A DNA stretch of 64,000 bases from an uncultured Methanomicrobiaceae archaeon (GCA_963826525.1 CAWGXH010000004.1:1728001-1792000); one strand, 5' to 3'; positions 22,289-34,570 are shown, counted from the first letter of the stretch. The notes: a model not told the origin generated them from the sequence alone. A program made the numbers and translations.

Positions 22289-23777
22289 CTACCTGATGAC
22301 CGGGATATGGGCTGCAGGTGTCTTCTCCGCTTCGGAACCGCCGGTACGATCCGGCCTTCGTAGCCACGTCCCGGGCATGAGAAAGATCAGGAGGGGAATT
22401 ATCTCGATTCTCCCAAGCAGCATATCGGCGATCAAGACCGCCTTTAATGTTCCTGCCGTCTCGGCACCGGTGATCCCTGAGGAGAGGCCGACGGTCCCGA
22501 GGGCGCTTGAGACCTCGAAGACCGCATCGACCATGGGAACACCGTGGAGCATGACGGCGAATGCCGAGAGGACGACGGCGGCGAAGTAGAGCAGGATGAA
22601 AGTGAAGAGGTAGTTGAGCTTCTGCTCGTCGATGATATGGCCATTGATCTTCAGCGGGGTGACGGTCTCCCGTGGTACAAAAAAATCTGATGAATACGAT
22701 CCGGACGAGTTGTGCCAGTATCACAATGCGGACGATCTTTATGCCGCCTGCTGTGGAGCCAAGCCCTCCTCCAATCCACATCAGCACCGTCAGCACGGCT
22801 TTTGCCGTGTCCGGAAGAGCGCCGATATCGATCGTCGAGAAACCCGCCGTCGTCAGTGCCGAGGTTGCCTGGAAGGCTGCTTCCGACACGCTGATCACGG
22901 GCGCATCGCCCGGAATGGTGATTGCAAGGCCGACTGTTCCGAGGAGGAGGAAGAGTACGAAGTAGCGCAGCTGGATGCTCGCAAGAGCGGCTCGTGGGGC
23001 TCTGAAGAGTTTCGGGTAGAGGGCGAAGTTGACCGCCCCCATGATGCAGCCGAATGCGACGGCGATGGGAATGCCGGCCCCTTCGAACCCGGCGATACTC
23101 TCCGGTTTTGTTGAGAACCCGCCCGTCGATACCGTCGTGAATGTCTGGCAGATCGCATCGAAGAGCGGCATACCTGCGAGGAGCAGCAGTATGAAGGCGA
23201 GGAGGGTGATCCCGGCATAGACCCTGCCGAGAACCCTGGCGGTTCCGGCGACATTCGGTCGAAGGCGTGTCTCACCGATGTTTGCGTCGAAGAGCCGGAA
23301 TGCGCTTGCTCCCGGCGTTGTGAGAATTGAGAGTGCAAGGACGACGATGCCGATGCCACCGACCCACTGCGCCCACGAGCGGGCGAAGAGAAAGAGGGCG
23401 CTCACCCCTGCCGGGGCGACTGAAAGGCCGGTCGTCGTCAATCCGGATACGCTCTCAAAGAGCGCATCGAGTGGTGGCAGGTTGTTTACGAGAGCGAAGG
23501 GGACGGCATTGATGATTGAACTCAGGGGGAAGACGATCGCGGCGAGGACTATCGCCTCTTTCGGGTGGAGTTCGCACTCGGGGAGGGTGCGAATCAGAAC
23601 TCCGCCGGCAAGCAGGGTGGCGCCGCCGCTCGCCGCGTAGATTGCTGCCGATGCAATCTCCCCGAGGATAAGCGCGGCAACGGCCGGCACTGCTATGATA
23701 ACGCCGATCATCAGCAGGAGATACCCGGTATATTTCAAGATTGATCGGGGGCTCACCGGGGAGACCAGTTCATACAT
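22289..23777 (-). CDS. trkH: TrkH K+ uptake membrane protein; frameshift in A7 run at 22679-22685
   Basis: ESVSGLTTTG, QWVGGIG, STGGFS, GSTAGGIK; C-terminal SALGTVGLS..MLLGRIEI lies in ORF 22289..22552. Confidence 0.9.
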
Positions 23778-23841
23778 GCTCTGGAGGCGTTATGCTGCGG
23801 AGGATTATTTCAAAGATTCCCCTTCTAGCCCGAAAAAAAGG

Positions 23842-24789
23842 TTATGCGAGGAGGGTGTACTGCGGTGCCAGCCTCCCGAGGACGAGGAGCGAGTAGTGGC
23901 GCAGGAAGGTGACGAACGGCACCTGTATGAGGAGTGCTGTGGGGATAGCGATGATGAGGTAGGGGATGAGCAGGACCAGAAGGGCTGCGATGTTCTGGAC
24001 CGCGAGGGCGAGCAGGACAACCCCGATGAGGACGAAGGGTATGGCGATGACGGCCATGGCGAGGATGATGAGTATCGCCTCGACGATCGCTGCGAGAACC
24101 GCGATGATGAGCCTGACGATGATGTAGACGACTGTCTGCAGCACCTGTGACGATAGTACCGGCCAGAGGCGCCGCCATGCGGCGATGACGCCGCAGTCGT
24201 CATGGAGCATGATGGGGACGACGAAATCGACGGTGAGCTGGATGACCACGCCGAAGACGAGGGCCACCAGGATGGCGGCGGGAATGAGAGCCAGGAGGAG
24301 AAGGGAGTACGATATCCCGAGTGAACCGCCCTGCAGGATCAGGGGAGCGAAGATGGCGAGGAAGATTGCGGCCATGGCGAGCAGCATGAGGACCAAAAGC
24401 GCCAGCTGGAAGAGAAAGAGCCGCGCCCCTTTCCCGAGGTGCTTCATGAAGAGCGGCGTCAGCCGGAAAGACCGGGTGGCAAGACTCTCGACGAAGACGA
24501 ACTGAACCGTCGCGCTGACGAACATGAAGATGAGCGCGAGGATCAGAACGAGAGCGATGAGGCCGAAGACGAGCGGCGCGAAACCGTCGAATCCTCCGAC
24601 CATAGGGGCGGAGTAGTCGTCTCCGGAGAAGGAGTACTGAAAGACGTTCGGGAAACTGAAGCCTCCGCCGACGAAGAGGGCAATAACCGCGAGGCGGAGC
24701 CATATTCCCCAGTTTATAGGCCAGAGAAGATCCTTTGTGCGATTCAGCGTCCCATCGAGTTCATCGAATGCATAGGTGTCGTCTGCCAT
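23842..24789 (-). CDS. Conserved archaeal multi-pass membrane protein
   Basis: WLRLAVIALFVGGG, DFVVPIM and TFLRHYSL; about 6 TM segments. Confidence 0.75.
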   Translation of the reverse strand: MADDTYAFDELDGTLNRTKDLLWPINWGIWLRLAVIALFVGGGFSFPNVFQYSFSGDDYSAPMVGGFDGFAPLVFGLIALVLILALIFMFVSATVQFVFVESLATRSFRLTPLFMKHLGKGARLFLFQLALLVLMLLAMAAIFLAIFAPLILQGGSLGISYSLLLLALIPAAILVALVFGVVIQLTVDFVVPIMLHDDCGVIAAWRRLWPVLSSQVLQTVVYIIVRLIIAVLAAIVEAILIILAMAVIAIPFVLIGVVLLALAVQNIAALLVLLIPYLIIAIPTALLIQVPFVTFLRHYSLLVLGRLAPQYTLLA

Positions 24790-24938
24790 GTAGATCGGAA
24801 GAAGATCATATCTCTCACCGGTTAAGCATTCTGGAACCGCACCGCCGCCCTTTAGGTATGTTGCTCCTGGGGGTATTTTCCACGCTTCAGGCCGAAATCC
24901 AACACCTTAATGTGGACGTTTCACCACATATACATCAG

Positions 24939-25565
24939 ATGATCCCTCTCATGCTTGATCTTACGGGCAGGGCTGTACTCATTTTCGGAGGGGGGGAGGT
25001 CGGAGCTCGAAAAGCCGCGTTCTTTCGTCATGAGGCAGACGTGACGGTGGTTAGCCGTTCTTTTGCACCGGCATTCGACGATCTTGCGGTACGGCGGCGT
25101 CGGATGGATCTTGCCGAGATTCCGGACGACGACCTTGAGAGGCTGGTCGAGGGTGTCTTCCTCGTCGTGGCTGCGACCCCCGACACCGGACTGAACGACC
25201 GGATCGGCAGCATCTGCAGGAGAAGGGGGATTCACTTCAACAATGCGGCAGGAGAGCGAGGAGATGCGCTGATCCCGTCGGTGATCCGGGGACGGCACTA
25301 CCTGATGGCGATAACCACCTTCGGGATGAGCCCTGCCGTGCCGCGGTATATACGGATGAGGCTTGAGGACGAGTATGGAGAACTGGACGGTATGATCGAG
25401 CTGCAGGGAGAACTGCGAGCCATGCTGAAAGAGACCGAGCCGTCGCAGGAGAAGCGGTCGGCGGCACTCTGGAGCGTCCTCGCCGACGAGGAGGTCTGGG
25501 CGGCTCTTGCGTCCGATTATGCCGACGCCCGGCGGATTGCACAAGAGAGGTATCTGCGTGCCTGA
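24939..25565 (+). CDS. sirC: Precorrin-2 dehydrogenase / sirohydrochlorin ferrochelatase
   Basis: MIPLMLDL..VLIFGGGEVGARK and VVAAT..LN; first gene of the hem operon. Confidence 0.88.
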   Translation: MIPLMLDLTGRAVLIFGGGEVGARKAAFFRHEADVTVVSRSFAPAFDDLAVRRRRMDLAEIPDDDLERLVEGVFLVVAATPDTGLNDRIGSICRRRGIHFNNAAGERGDALIPSVIRGRHYLMAITTFGMSPAVPRYIRMRLEDEYGELDGMIELQGELRAMLKETEPSQEKRSAALWSVLADEEVWAALASDYADARRIAQERYLRA

Positions 25566-26832
25566 ATCGACCTTCTCACCGCTCGCGCTTGCGGGCGTAA
25601 ACCACCACACCGCCGATATCGCCACGCTCGAGCGGTTCCGTTTTCCGGACGAGGATGAGTTCCTCCGGCTTGCCCGGGCATATTTCAAGGGCGCCCTGAT
25701 CCTCCAGACCTGCAACCGGGTGGAGGTCGTGGTGCAGGGAGAGGGTGCGGCGCTCATGGAGTTTCTGCAGGAGCAGGGCAGAGGAGGTTTCTTCATCCTT
25801 GAAGGGGCGGATGTCACTCGGCACCTCCTCGAGCTCGCCTCCGGTGTCGACTCCATGATCGTCGGCGAAGACCAGATCCTCGGTCAGCTTAAAAAAGCGC
25901 TCTCCATTTCACAAACGACCGGTGCCTGCAGCACGCTCATCGAGCTCTGCGTCAACAAGGCCGTCCACGTCGGTGTCCGCGTCCGTCGGCAGACGGAGAT
26001 CAACCGGGGCGCCGTCTCCATAGGCTCTGCGGCGGTGACGCTCGCGGAGAAACTCCTCGGGAGCCTGAAAGACCGGCATATCCTCGTCGTGGGGACGGGT
26101 GAGATGGGGATGCTCGTGGCGCAGGCGCTTGCCGCAAAGGATCTGACCGCCATCTACGTCACCAACCGCACCCCCCGGCGTGCGGAGATTCTCGCCGGGA
26201 AGATCGGTGGGAAGGCGGTCAAGTTTGACGATATCTACCGGTACGTCGCCCTTTCGGATGTCGTGATCTCCTGCACCGCCGCGCCGCACCCGGTGATCCA
26301 CGCTAGAGAGATCCGGGCGGTGATGGAGGAGCGGCTCTGGCCGCTCGATCTCCATCCACGCCACCTCATCCTGATCGATATCGCCCAGCCGCGGGATGTG
26401 GAGGACGAAGTCCGGTCGATCGACGGCGTGCACCTCTTTACCATCGACGATCTCCGTGAAGTGAGCGATACGAACTTAAACTCCCGTAAAGCGGAGGCGG
26501 AACGGGCGCGGGGGATACTGGACGAAGAACTCGACCAGTTCGTGCGCCAGATAAAACGGGCGGCGGCAGACGAGACGCTCGGCCTCCTCTATACATGGGC
26601 GGAGTCGATCCGGATACGGGAGCGCGACCGCGCGCTGCACCGTCTCGGGGCAGCCGATCCCCGGGTTGTCTCCGTCGTCGACGACCTGACCCGGTCGGTG
26701 ATAAAAAAACTCCTCTCGGATATGACCGTCGCCATCCGGTCGAGCGCCGAGTGCGGCGATCTGACCACGGCGGAAGCCCTTGTACGGGCGATGACTCAAG
26801 GTGAACCAGTATGTTTCCCACGCGACGAATGA
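25558..26832 (+). CDS. hemA: Glutamyl-tRNA reductase
   Basis: TCNRVE, DSMIVGEDQILGQ, GTGEMG and DIAQPRDV. Confidence 0.96.
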   Translation: MPESTFSPLALAGVNHHTADIATLERFRFPDEDEFLRLARAYFKGALILQTCNRVEVVVQGEGAALMEFLQEQGRGGFFILEGADVTRHLLELASGVDSMIVGEDQILGQLKKALSISQTTGACSTLIELCVNKAVHVGVRVRRQTEINRGAVSIGSAAVTLAEKLLGSLKDRHILVVGTGEMGMLVAQALAAKDLTAIYVTNRTPRRAEILAGKIGGKAVKFDDIYRYVALSDVVISCTAAPHPVIHAREIRAVMEERLWPLDLHPRHLILIDIAQPRDVEDEVRSIDGVHLFTIDDLREVSDTNLNSRKAEAERARGILDEELDQFVRQIKRAAADETLGLLYTWAESIRIRERDRALHRLGAADPRVVSVVDDLTRSVIKKLLSDMTVAIRSSAECGDLTTAEALVRAMTQGEPVCFPRDE

Positions 26833-27794
26833 GACGGCTCCGGCGGAGGACTATTCAGCCTCTGCTAAACGAGACGATGCTCTCGAAGAAAGACCTGATC
26901 GCTCCGATCTTTGTTGACGAATCGATTGAGGAACCACAGCTCATCGGATCGATGCCCGGCCAGTACCGCCACCCTGTCGACGGCGTTTCAAGGTACGTCC
27001 GGAGGCTTCGGGATGCCGGTATCCGTGCGGTGATCCTCTTCGGGATACCCGGAAGGAAAGACTGCGATGCAACCGGGGCGTATGCCTCGGGCGGCGTCGT
27101 CCAGAGGGCTGTCAGGGCGATCAAGGCCACCGTGCCGGATATGGTGATCTGCACCGACCTCTGCGCCTGCGAGTACACCGATCATGGTCACTGCGGTATC
27201 GTCGGGGAGACCTGCGACGGCCCCGACCTTTTGAACGACCCCTCTCTCGACCTGATGGCGAAGATCGCCGTCAGCCAGGCGGAGAGCGGGGCCGACGTCG
27301 TCGCGCCGTCCTGCATGCTCGACGGCATGGTGCAGGCGATCCGGGAAGCGCTCGATGCCGCCGGATATCAGGACGTCCTGATCATGTCCTACTCCACGAA
27401 GTTTTCGAGCGCGCTCTATGGGCCGTTCCGGGATGCGGCAGGCTCCGGGTACGCTTTCGGCGACCGGAGCACCTACCAGATGAACCCGGGCAACGCCCGC
27501 GAGGCGTATATGGAGTCGGCGCTCGATGCTGACGAAGGTGCGGACATCCTGATGGTCAAACCGGCAGGACTGTACCTGGACGTCCTCGCCTCGCTCACGT
27601 CGCTCGGGCTTCCGGTCGCCGCTTACCAGGTCAGCGGCGAGTATGCCCAGATCAAGGCTGCCGCCGAGCGGGGCTGGATAGACGAGCGTGCCGTGGTGAT
27701 GGAGAGCCTGCTCTGCATCAAACGGGCGGGGGCGGATCTCATTCTGACATATTTTGCCGAAGACGCAGCGAGGTGGCTTGATGAAGAGCAGTGA
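26811..27794 (+). CDS. hemB: Porphobilinogen synthase
   Basis: [29 protein letters not shown] and YQVSGEY. Confidence 0.97.
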   Translation: MFPTRRMRRLRRRTIQPLLNETMLSKKDLIAPIFVDESIEEPQLIGSMPGQYRHPVDGVSRYVRRLRDAGIRAVILFGIPGRKDCDATGAYASGGVVQRAVRAIKATVPDMVICTDLCACEYTDHGHCGIVGETCDGPDLLNDPSLDLMAKIAVSQAESGADVVAPSCMLDGMVQAIREALDAAGYQDVLIMSYSTKFSSALYGPFRDAAGSGYAFGDRSTYQMNPGNAREAYMESALDADEGADILMVKPAGLYLDVLASLTSLGLPVAAYQVSGEYAQIKAAAERGWIDERAVVMESLLCIKRAGADLILTYFAEDAARWLDEEQ

Positions 27795-29028
27795 TTATTA
27801 CGAACGGGCGAAGACGCTGATGCCGGGGGGCGTCAGCAGCCCTGTACGCGCCATCAGACCGTATCCGTTCTACACGACCGGTGCGGCGGGCTCACGGTTG
27901 GCGACGGCGGACGGTACCGATCTTATCGACTGCTGTCTTGGTTTCGGGCCGCTGATACTCGGGCATGCGCATCCCGGGATTCGCGAGGCGATCGAGCGGC
28001 AGCTTCTGTCAGGGTGGTTGTACGGAACACCCACACCGCTTGAGATCGACCTTGCCGGGCTGATTATCGGCGACCATCCCGGCCTTGACATGATCCGTTT
28101 CGTCTCTTCGGGATCCGAGGCGACGATGTCCGCCATCCGGCTCGCCCGGGGGTATACCGGGAAGAAGGATATCGTCAAGGTCGAAGGCGGGTTTCACGGA
28201 GCGCACGATGCGGTGCTGGTGAAAGCGGGTTCCGGTGCCACCACGCTCGGGATCCCGAACTCGGCCGGCGTGCTCCCCGAGCTCGCCCTGCATACCCGGC
28301 AGGTGCCGTTCAACGACCCCGAGGCGCTCGAGACCCTGCTCTCCGCGAACGAGGATATCGCCGCGTTTATCATCGAACCGGTCATGGGGAATATCGGCCT
28401 CATCCTCCCCGATGCAGGCTACCTTGCGGCGGTCAGGGAGATCACCGCCGCCCATGACGTTCTCCTCATCTTCGACGAGGTGATCACCGGATACCGGGTC
28501 GGTATCGGGGGTGCGCAGGCTGCCTACGGCGTGAGACCCGACCTCTCGACCTTCGGCAAGATCATCGGCGGTGGGCTCCCCATCGGCGCATTCGGCGGGC
28601 GGCGGGAGATCATGGAGATGATCGCACCTTTAGGCCCGGTCTACCAGGCAGGCACCTTCAGCGGCAACCCGCTAAGCCTCGCCGCAGGGATAGCAACTAT
28701 CCGGTACCTCCACGCACACAGCGACCTCTACCGGAGGATGGACGAGGCTACGCGGGCGATAGATGAAGCGATCCCGAAGAACGGCCGGGGTTCGTTCGTC
28801 AAACTCGGTTCGATGTTCAAGTACTACTTCCGCCCGGAAGCGCCGCGGGACTACCGGCAGGTGCAGGAGTGCGATACCGCGGCCTTCGGAAGGTTCTGGA
28901 AGGGCATGCTCGATGCGGGAGTATTCCTCCCTGCTTCGCAGTTCGAGACGAACTTCCTCTCTGCCGTGCACACGAATCAGGATGTCGACCAGATTATAGC
29001 GGCGTATGTGAAATGTCTGTCAGAATAG
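27781..29028 (+). CDS. hemL: Glutamate-1-semialdehyde 2,1-aminomutase
   Basis: [31 protein letters not shown] and QAGTFSGNP. Confidence 0.97.
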   Translation: MKSSDYYERAKTLMPGGVSSPVRAIRPYPFYTTGAAGSRLATADGTDLIDCCLGFGPLILGHAHPGIREAIERQLLSGWLYGTPTPLEIDLAGLIIGDHPGLDMIRFVSSGSEATMSAIRLARGYTGKKDIVKVEGGFHGAHDAVLVKAGSGATTLGIPNSAGVLPELALHTRQVPFNDPEALETLLSANEDIAAFIIEPVMGNIGLILPDAGYLAAVREITAAHDVLLIFDEVITGYRVGIGGAQAAYGVRPDLSTFGKIIGGGLPIGAFGGRREIMEMIAPLGPVYQAGTFSGNPLSLAAGIATIRYLHAHSDLYRRMDEATRAIDEAIPKNGRGSFVKLGSMFKYYFRPEAPRDYRQVQECDTAAFGRFWKGMLDAGVFLPASQFETNFLSAVHTNQDVDQIIAAYVKCLSE

Positions 29029-29897
29029 GTACACGGGGCAGCGCTCTTGCGCTGGTGCAGACGGAACGGGTCTGCAGAATGCTCGCCGACCGGGATATCG
29101 AAGTGGAGACGTTCGTCATCAGTACGGAAGGGGACACGACTACGGGCGTCCCGCTCCACGAGATCGGCGGACAGGGCGTCTTTGTCAGGGCACTCGACGA
29201 ATCCATTCTCCAGGGTGATGTCGACCTTGCCGTCCACAGTATGAAGGATATCCCTGCTGCCCGCCCCGCAGGGCTTACGCTCGGTGCGGTGCTGGAGCGA
29301 GACTCCCCGGCGGATTTCCTCGCATACGAAGGATCGATCGACGATGTCCGGGCGGTAGGTTCGTCGAGCACCCGGCGTCGTGCCCAGCTCCTCCGGTTCG
29401 ATCCTTCGATCACGGTCAAACCGCTTCGCGGCAACGTCGATACCCGGATCCGGAAGCTCCGGGAGAAGCAGTACGACGCCATTGTCCTTGCGGAGGCGGG
29501 TATCGAGCGGCTCGGGTACCACCTGCAAGGAGATCGGCTCCCGGTTCGCGAGTTCGTTCCGTCACCGAATCAGGGGGCGATCGCCGTCGTCTGCCGGGAT
29601 GACCCGTCTCTTGTCGAGACGCTCTCGTTCCTCGATCACGCCGCGACACGGTTCGACGTCGAGATCGAGCGAGCGGTCATGGAAGAGGTGGGCGGGGGAT
29701 GCTTCACCCCGCAGGGGATCTACTGCCGGGACGGCGACCTGATCGCGGAGGTGCTCGCGCTCGACGGAACACGCTTCGAACGCGTTGAGCAGCAGATCAG
29801 GACGCTCGACGAGGCGCGGGAGTGCGGGCGGTCGCTCCGAACCGTCTCCGAAGACCTGATCCGGGATGCATACGAAACACTGGGGATATCACGATGA
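29013..29897 (+). CDS. hemC: Hydroxymethylbilane synthase
   Basis: [23 protein letters not shown] and RGNVDTR. Confidence 0.96.
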   Translation: MSVRIGTRGSALALVQTERVCRMLADRDIEVETFVISTEGDTTTGVPLHEIGGQGVFVRALDESILQGDVDLAVHSMKDIPAARPAGLTLGAVLERDSPADFLAYEGSIDDVRAVGSSSTRRRAQLLRFDPSITVKPLRGNVDTRIRKLREKQYDAIVLAEAGIERLGYHLQGDRLPVREFVPSPNQGAIAVVCRDDPSLVETLSFLDHAATRFDVEIERAVMEEVGGGCFTPQGIYCRDGDLIAEVLALDGTRFERVEQQIRTLDEARECGRSLRTVSEDLIRDAYETLGISR

Positions 29898-30637
29898 GCG
29901 GAAAGGCATATCTGGTCGGGTCAGGCCCCGGGAGTTCCGGGCTTCTGACCCTGCGGGCGCGGGAAGTCATCGACGCGGCCGACGTGGTGCTCTACGATCA
30001 GCTTCCGGGCGAGGAGATCCTATCGACGCTTCCTGGCGGTGCGGAGCTGATCGACTGCGGGAAGTACGGCAGCAGCCATACTCTCGAGCAGCATGAGATC
30101 GAAGATCTGATGGTCGCCCGCGTCAGGGAAGGAAAGACGGTCGTCCGCCTGAAAGGAGGCGATCCGTTCCTCTTCGGACGCGGCGGCGAAGAGGTCGAGG
30201 TGCTGCGCGAACACGGTATAGCGGTGGAGGTTGTCCCGGGGATAACAAGTGCCATCGCCGTGCCGGAGTGCGTGGGAATCCCGGTCACGCACCGGAAGTA
30301 CGCCTCGCAGGTGACGATCCTCACCGGCCACGAGGATCCGACAAAGCCCGAATCGGCTCTGAACTGGGAACTCCTCGCCCGGAGCGCGGGGACGCTCGTC
30401 ATCCTGATGGGTGTTAAGAACCTGCCGGTGATCGCGTCGGCGCTCGTTGCGGGCGGGAAAGATCCTGCCACCCCGGTCGCCGTCATCGAGCGCGGGATGC
30501 GCCCCGACCAGCGCGTCACGGTCGGGACGCTCGAGACGATCGTCGGATGCTGCCGGGAGGCAGGTGTCCGCCCGCCCGCCGTCATCGTCATCGGCGGCGT
30601 AGTAAACCTCTACGACGGTTCTTTCGTTCCGGAGTAG
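29894..30637 (+). CDS. cobA: Uroporphyrinogen-III C-methyltransferase
   Basis: [23 protein letters not shown] and VPGITSA. Confidence 0.96.
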   Translation: MSGKAYLVGSGPGSSGLLTLRAREVIDAADVVLYDQLPGEEILSTLPGGAELIDCGKYGSSHTLEQHEIEDLMVARVREGKTVVRLKGGDPFLFGRGGEEVEVLREHGIAVEVVPGITSAIAVPECVGIPVTHRKYASQVTILTGHEDPTKPESALNWELLARSAGTLVILMGVKNLPVIASALVAGGKDPATPVAVIERGMRPDQRVTVGTLETIVGCCREAGVRPPAVIVIGGVVNLYDGSFVPE

Positions 30638-30806
30638 AATCTTCGAGTTCCTTTTTTTCTTCCCGCTCGGGGATTCATTGCCTGACGCAATCCTGCTGCT
30701 CTTCATCGCTGCGGTGCGTCTTTTGGGAGTCAATCCTGCCCTGCGTGGTGCACCGAGATCTTATACAGGCGTACATCCCACGTACCTTTCAACGGATACG
30801 ATGTTC

Positions 30807-32450
30807 ATGCGGAGTGAGACTGTTAAAAAAGGCTACCAGAGAGCGCCGAACCGATCGCTGCTCCGGTCGCTCGGGGTGACGGATAAGGAGATGGATCTCC
30901 CGTTCATCGGTGTTGCGAACGCCTGGAACACGATCGTCCCGGGGCACATACACCTCCGGTCGGTCGCCGCGAAGGTGAACGAAGGGATCGTTGCGGCAGG
31001 CGGCGTTCCCTTTGAGTTCGGGACGATCGGGATCTGCGACGGCATCGCGATGGGGCACGAGGGGATGCGCTACTCCCTCCCGTCGCGGGAGAATATCGCC
31101 GACTCGATCGAGCTGATGGTCGAGGCGCACCGGTTCGACGGCCTCGTCTGCGTCGGCACCTGCGACAAGATCGTTCCCGGGATGCTGATGGCCGCGGCCC
31201 GCTGCAACATCCCGGCGGTCGTCGTCACCGGCGGGCCGATGCTCCCCGGCTACCTGGACGGGCGCGACCTCTCGCTCATCGATGTCTTCGAGGGTGTCGG
31301 GAAGGTCGCCGCCGGCGTGATGGGGGAGGACGAGCTCTGCGAACTCGAGTGTGCTGCGATGCCGGGGTGCGGCAGCTGCCAGGGGCTCTATACCGCAAAT
31401 ACCATGGCGTGCATGACCGAGGCGGTCGGCATGAGCCTCCCCGGGTGTGCCGCAACCCCGGCGGTGGATGCGGGCAAACTCCGGATTGCACGGGCGAGCG
31501 GCGAACGCGTCGTCGAACTCGTCAGGGAGGATATCCGGCCGCGCTCGATCATCACGCTCGAGAGCCTGAAGAACGCGATTCGAGTGGATATGGCGCTCGG
31601 CGGGTCGACGAACACCGTCCTTCACCTGATGGCGATAGCCCGGGAGGCGGAGGTGCCCCTCGACCTTGAGACCTTCAACGCTCTCGCCGAGCAGACGCCG
31701 CATATCTGCCACATGCAGCCCGCAGGGCCGCACTCGATGCTCGCGCTCCACCGGGTGGGCGGCATCCCTGCGGTTCTGCGGGAACTTCGCCCATACCTCG
31801 AAGACTCTCCGACCGTGGCGGGGAAAAGCATCCTTGCCATCGCCCGGGAGGCGAAGGAGGCCGACGGCGATGTCTTAAAGACCGTCGCAGGGCCGGTCAG
31901 CCCTGCCGGCGGCCTGAAGATCCTCTCCGGCTCGCTCGCCCCCGACGGTGCCGTCGTGAAGTGCGCCGCCGTGATGGAGTCGATGTGGCGGCACCAGGGG
32001 CCTGCCCGGGTCTTTGACGGTGAGCAGGCAGCGATGGCAGCCATTTTGAGCCGGGAGATAACCGAAGGAGACGTCCTGGTGATCCGCTACGAAGGCCCGC
32101 GCGGAGGGCCGGGGATGTCCGAGATGCTCTCCCCAACCTCGGCGTTGATGGGGCTTGGGTATACCCGCGTCGTCCTGGTGACCGACGGCCGGTTCTCGGG
32201 CGGGACACGGGGCCCGTGCATCGGGCACGTCGCTCCCGAAGCCGAAGTCGGCGGCCCGATCGCGCTGGTGCGGGAGGGGGATCGGATCGAGGTCGACCTC
32301 TACGAAAAACGCCTCGATATCCTCGTGGATCCGGGAACCCTGGAAGAGAGGAGGAGATCCTGGACCCCGCGGCAGCGAAATCTCTCCGGTGTGCTCGCCC
32401 GCTACGCACGAACTGTCGAACAGGCGAATCTCGGCGCTGTCCAGCGTTAG
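30807..32450 (+). CDS. ilvD: Dihydroxy-acid dehydratase
   Basis: [27 protein letters not shown] and TDGRFSG. Confidence 0.96.
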   Translation: MRSETVKKGYQRAPNRSLLRSLGVTDKEMDLPFIGVANAWNTIVPGHIHLRSVAAKVNEGIVAAGGVPFEFGTIGICDGIAMGHEGMRYSLPSRENIADSIELMVEAHRFDGLVCVGTCDKIVPGMLMAAARCNIPAVVVTGGPMLPGYLDGRDLSLIDVFEGVGKVAAGVMGEDELCELECAAMPGCGSCQGLYTANTMACMTEAVGMSLPGCAATPAVDAGKLRIARASGERVVELVREDIRPRSIITLESLKNAIRVDMALGGSTNTVLHLMAIAREAEVPLDLETFNALAEQTPHICHMQPAGPHSMLALHRVGGIPAVLRELRPYLEDSPTVAGKSILAIAREAKEADGDVLKTVAGPVSPAGGLKILSGSLAPDGAVVKCAAVMESMWRHQGPARVFDGEQAAMAAILSREITEGDVLVIRYEGPRGGPGMSEMLSPTSALMGLGYTRVVLVTDGRFSGGTRGPCIGHVAPEAEVGGPIALVREGDRIEVDLYEKRLDILVDPGTLEERRRSWTPRQRNLSGVLARYARTVEQANLGAVQR

Positions 32451-32585
32451 GGCCTGTAACACCCCATATCTCCTTTATTTTTTCAAACGGCCAAAGGCGG
32501 AGGGTATATGTATCCTCCGGCATACAGTCTCTGTCAGGCAGATCCCTCCGAGGGAAAGCCTTCAATACGATACCATGGTGATGTG

Positions 32586-33167
32586 ATGATCGACAAGTTT
32601 CTCGAAGGTAACAAGACGTTTCTCAAAGAAGATTATAGCCGGAACCCCGAGCACTATGAGGCTCTCGTCTCGAGCCAGAGCCCGGTCGTCCTCTGGATAG
32701 GCTGCTCGGACTCGCGCGTCAACCCAGAAAGGATCACCGGGGCAAAGTCGGGCGAGTTATTCGTCCAGCGCAACATCGGCAACGTCGTCCCGGTACACGA
32801 CTGGAACTTTGCCACTGTTCTTGAGTATGCCGTGAACCACCTGAAAGTCGGGGACATCGTCGTCTGCGGACACTCCGATTGCGGGGCTATAAAAGCGCTC
32901 GACAAGGAGAGCAATGATGCCTACATCCCGCTCTGGCTCAACAACGCAGTCGAAGCGAAGCGACGTGTCGATGCGCGGATGCAGGTGCCGAAGACGCCTG
33001 AAGAAGAGGCGATAAGGCGGCGGCTCATCGAGCTCGAGAATGTCGGCCTGCAGATCGAACATCTCCGCACGTACCCGCCGGTTCGTGCGGCGGAGAAGGA
33101 GGGGCGTGTCCGGGTGCACGGACTGTACTTCGATCTCGCTACCGGCGAGCTGAAAAAAGTCTATTAA
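32586..33167 (+). CDS. Beta-class carbonic anhydrase
   Basis: GCSDSRV, RNIGN, EYAV and GHSDCG zinc ligands. Confidence 0.95.
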   Translation: MIDKFLEGNKTFLKEDYSRNPEHYEALVSSQSPVVLWIGCSDSRVNPERITGAKSGELFVQRNIGNVVPVHDWNFATVLEYAVNHLKVGDIVVCGHSDCGAIKALDKESNDAYIPLWLNNAVEAKRRVDARMQVPKTPEEEAIRRRLIELENVGLQIEHLRTYPPVRAAEKEGRVRVHGLYFDLATGELKKVY

Positions 33168-33508
33168 GCCTCTTCCAGGGCATAATCGACCTCCTCTTTT
33201 ATCAACGTGAAAGATATCCTCCCGATGGACGTGAGCCGCCCGTTCACGAGAATCATCGGGATAGGTGGATGCCGCTCTTCGATGAGGGCTCTGATGTAAT
33301 CGGGCACGGCCTCGTCGATGATGGTCAGCTGGACCTCGACGCGATCTCCATACTCCTTCTTCAGCTCGTCGCGCAGAGCGCTTATGGCATCCATCATGCG
33401 GTTTGACGGATAACAGACCTCAAGGCCGCAGCTGCGTGTCTCATCACAGGGAAACGGGCCGCATTCCGACTCGGAGAGCCCGACGATCTCAACAGTAACA
33501 TCTGCCAT
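33164..33508 (-). CDS. Small thioredoxin-fold-like hypothetical protein with four Cys
   Basis: CGPFPC..RSC..C cluster; PIPMILVNG cis-Pro-like motif. Confidence 0.6.
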   Translation of the reverse strand: MADVTVEIVGLSESECGPFPCDETRSCGLEVCYPSNRMMDAISALRDELKKEYGDRVEVQLTIIDEAVPDYIRALIEERHPPIPMILVNGRLTSIGRISFTLIKEEVDYALEEA

Positions 33509-33525
33509 GTACATTCCATCCTGTT

Positions 33526-34449
33526 TCACCCTATATGAGCCTTCGTCTCACCGGAAGCCTCCAGTAGTGATGCGACAGCCGCCCGCACCCGTTCTTCGAG
33601 CCCTTCAATCGCCCTGACGTCCCGCCGGGTATCCATTCGGTCGACCAGAATCTCCCCGCCGAGATGGATGCCGATGTTCCGCATGAACGCGCCCGTGACC
33701 GACCTGACGCATTCGAACGGCTCAGGCCCCGGGCGTCCTGCGACGGCGATCAGAAGGCCGTTCGTTGCGACGGGTGTCCCGAGGAGCGTCCGTCGTGCGT
33801 GGAGCGCCTGACCCCGGTCGATGACAGCCTTGAGGGCAGCCGGAACGGTATTGGTGTAGACCGGTGTTGCGATGATGAGGAGGGACGCCGTTTCGATGGC
33901 CTTGAGAATAACTGTCATATCGTCCTCGAGCAGACAGATGCCCTGGTTGTAGCAGACATAGCAGCCGGAGCAAGGCCGAATATCCATCTCGTGTACGGAA
34001 AAGATATGCGCCGAACGTTTCTGCCGTGACGCTTCGTCGGCACACCATCCGGCAAGGGTTGCCGAGCTGCCGAAATGCCGCGGGCTGCCCTGAAGGATGA
34101 CGACGTCGTAGGCCTCGCCCGGGAGTGTCCGGCTGACGGGTGGCAGGGCCTTCGTATAGTGTTCCGGGCGCGCCGCTACGTCGTACGCGAGTCTTCCGAA
34201 TACGATGTCGGCCACCTCGTCTGTGGAGAAGAGCGTATGCGGCGGTTGTTCGTAGGAGTTGATCACGTAACGGTAGACGCATTGCCCCGCATGCCGGATC
34301 TCCACGGTATATCGCCGCATGCCCGGATAGACAGTACCAAGGTCTTCGCTCAAGAGGTTAATGACGAACGCTCCGACCGGTGTCTCGACCGTCCGGCTCT
34401 CTGCCGGTTCTCTGCTGGCCTCCATGCATCGCAGTGCGTGGCATACCAT
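33526..34449 (-). CDS. Iron-sulfur flavoprotein / NADPH-dependent FMN reductase family with an extra N-terminal domain
   Basis: GSPR, Cx2Cx2Cx5C (CSGCYVCYNQGIC), ATPVY and KAVIDR. Confidence 0.82.
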   Translation of the reverse strand: MVCHALRCMEASREPAESRTVETPVGAFVINLLSEDLGTVYPGMRRYTVEIRHAGQCVYRYVINSYEQPPHTLFSTDEVADIVFGRLAYDVAARPEHYTKALPPVSRTLPGEAYDVVILQGSPRHFGSSATLAGWCADEASRQKRSAHIFSVHEMDIRPCSGCYVCYNQGICLLEDDMTVILKAIETASLLIIATPVYTNTVPAALKAVIDRGQALHARRTLLGTPVATNGLLIAVAGRPGPEPFECVRSVTGAFMRNIGIHLGGEILVDRMDTRRDVRAIEGLEERVRAAVASLLEASGETKAHIG

Positions 34450-34570
34450 ATGAACGTAACGGAGTGCTCCTGCGGCAGGAAGGTCGTTAGAAAGACGGAC
34501 GGGATGCGGCAGCGCGCCGGTCAGTCACTACCGTTAATAAGGTCCCGCACCTATGGTACTATGGTAATTC

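Noticed and set aside
21510-23777. 755-aa apparent TrkH-PrsW fusion ORF
   Set aside because: Produced by a +1 indel in the A7 run at ~22680. The linker is off-frame junk and the true TrkH C-terminus lies in another frame (22289..22552).
24939-30637. Missing hemD in the tetrapyrrole operon
   Set aside because: hemD is often encoded elsewhere, so absence from one window is uninformative.
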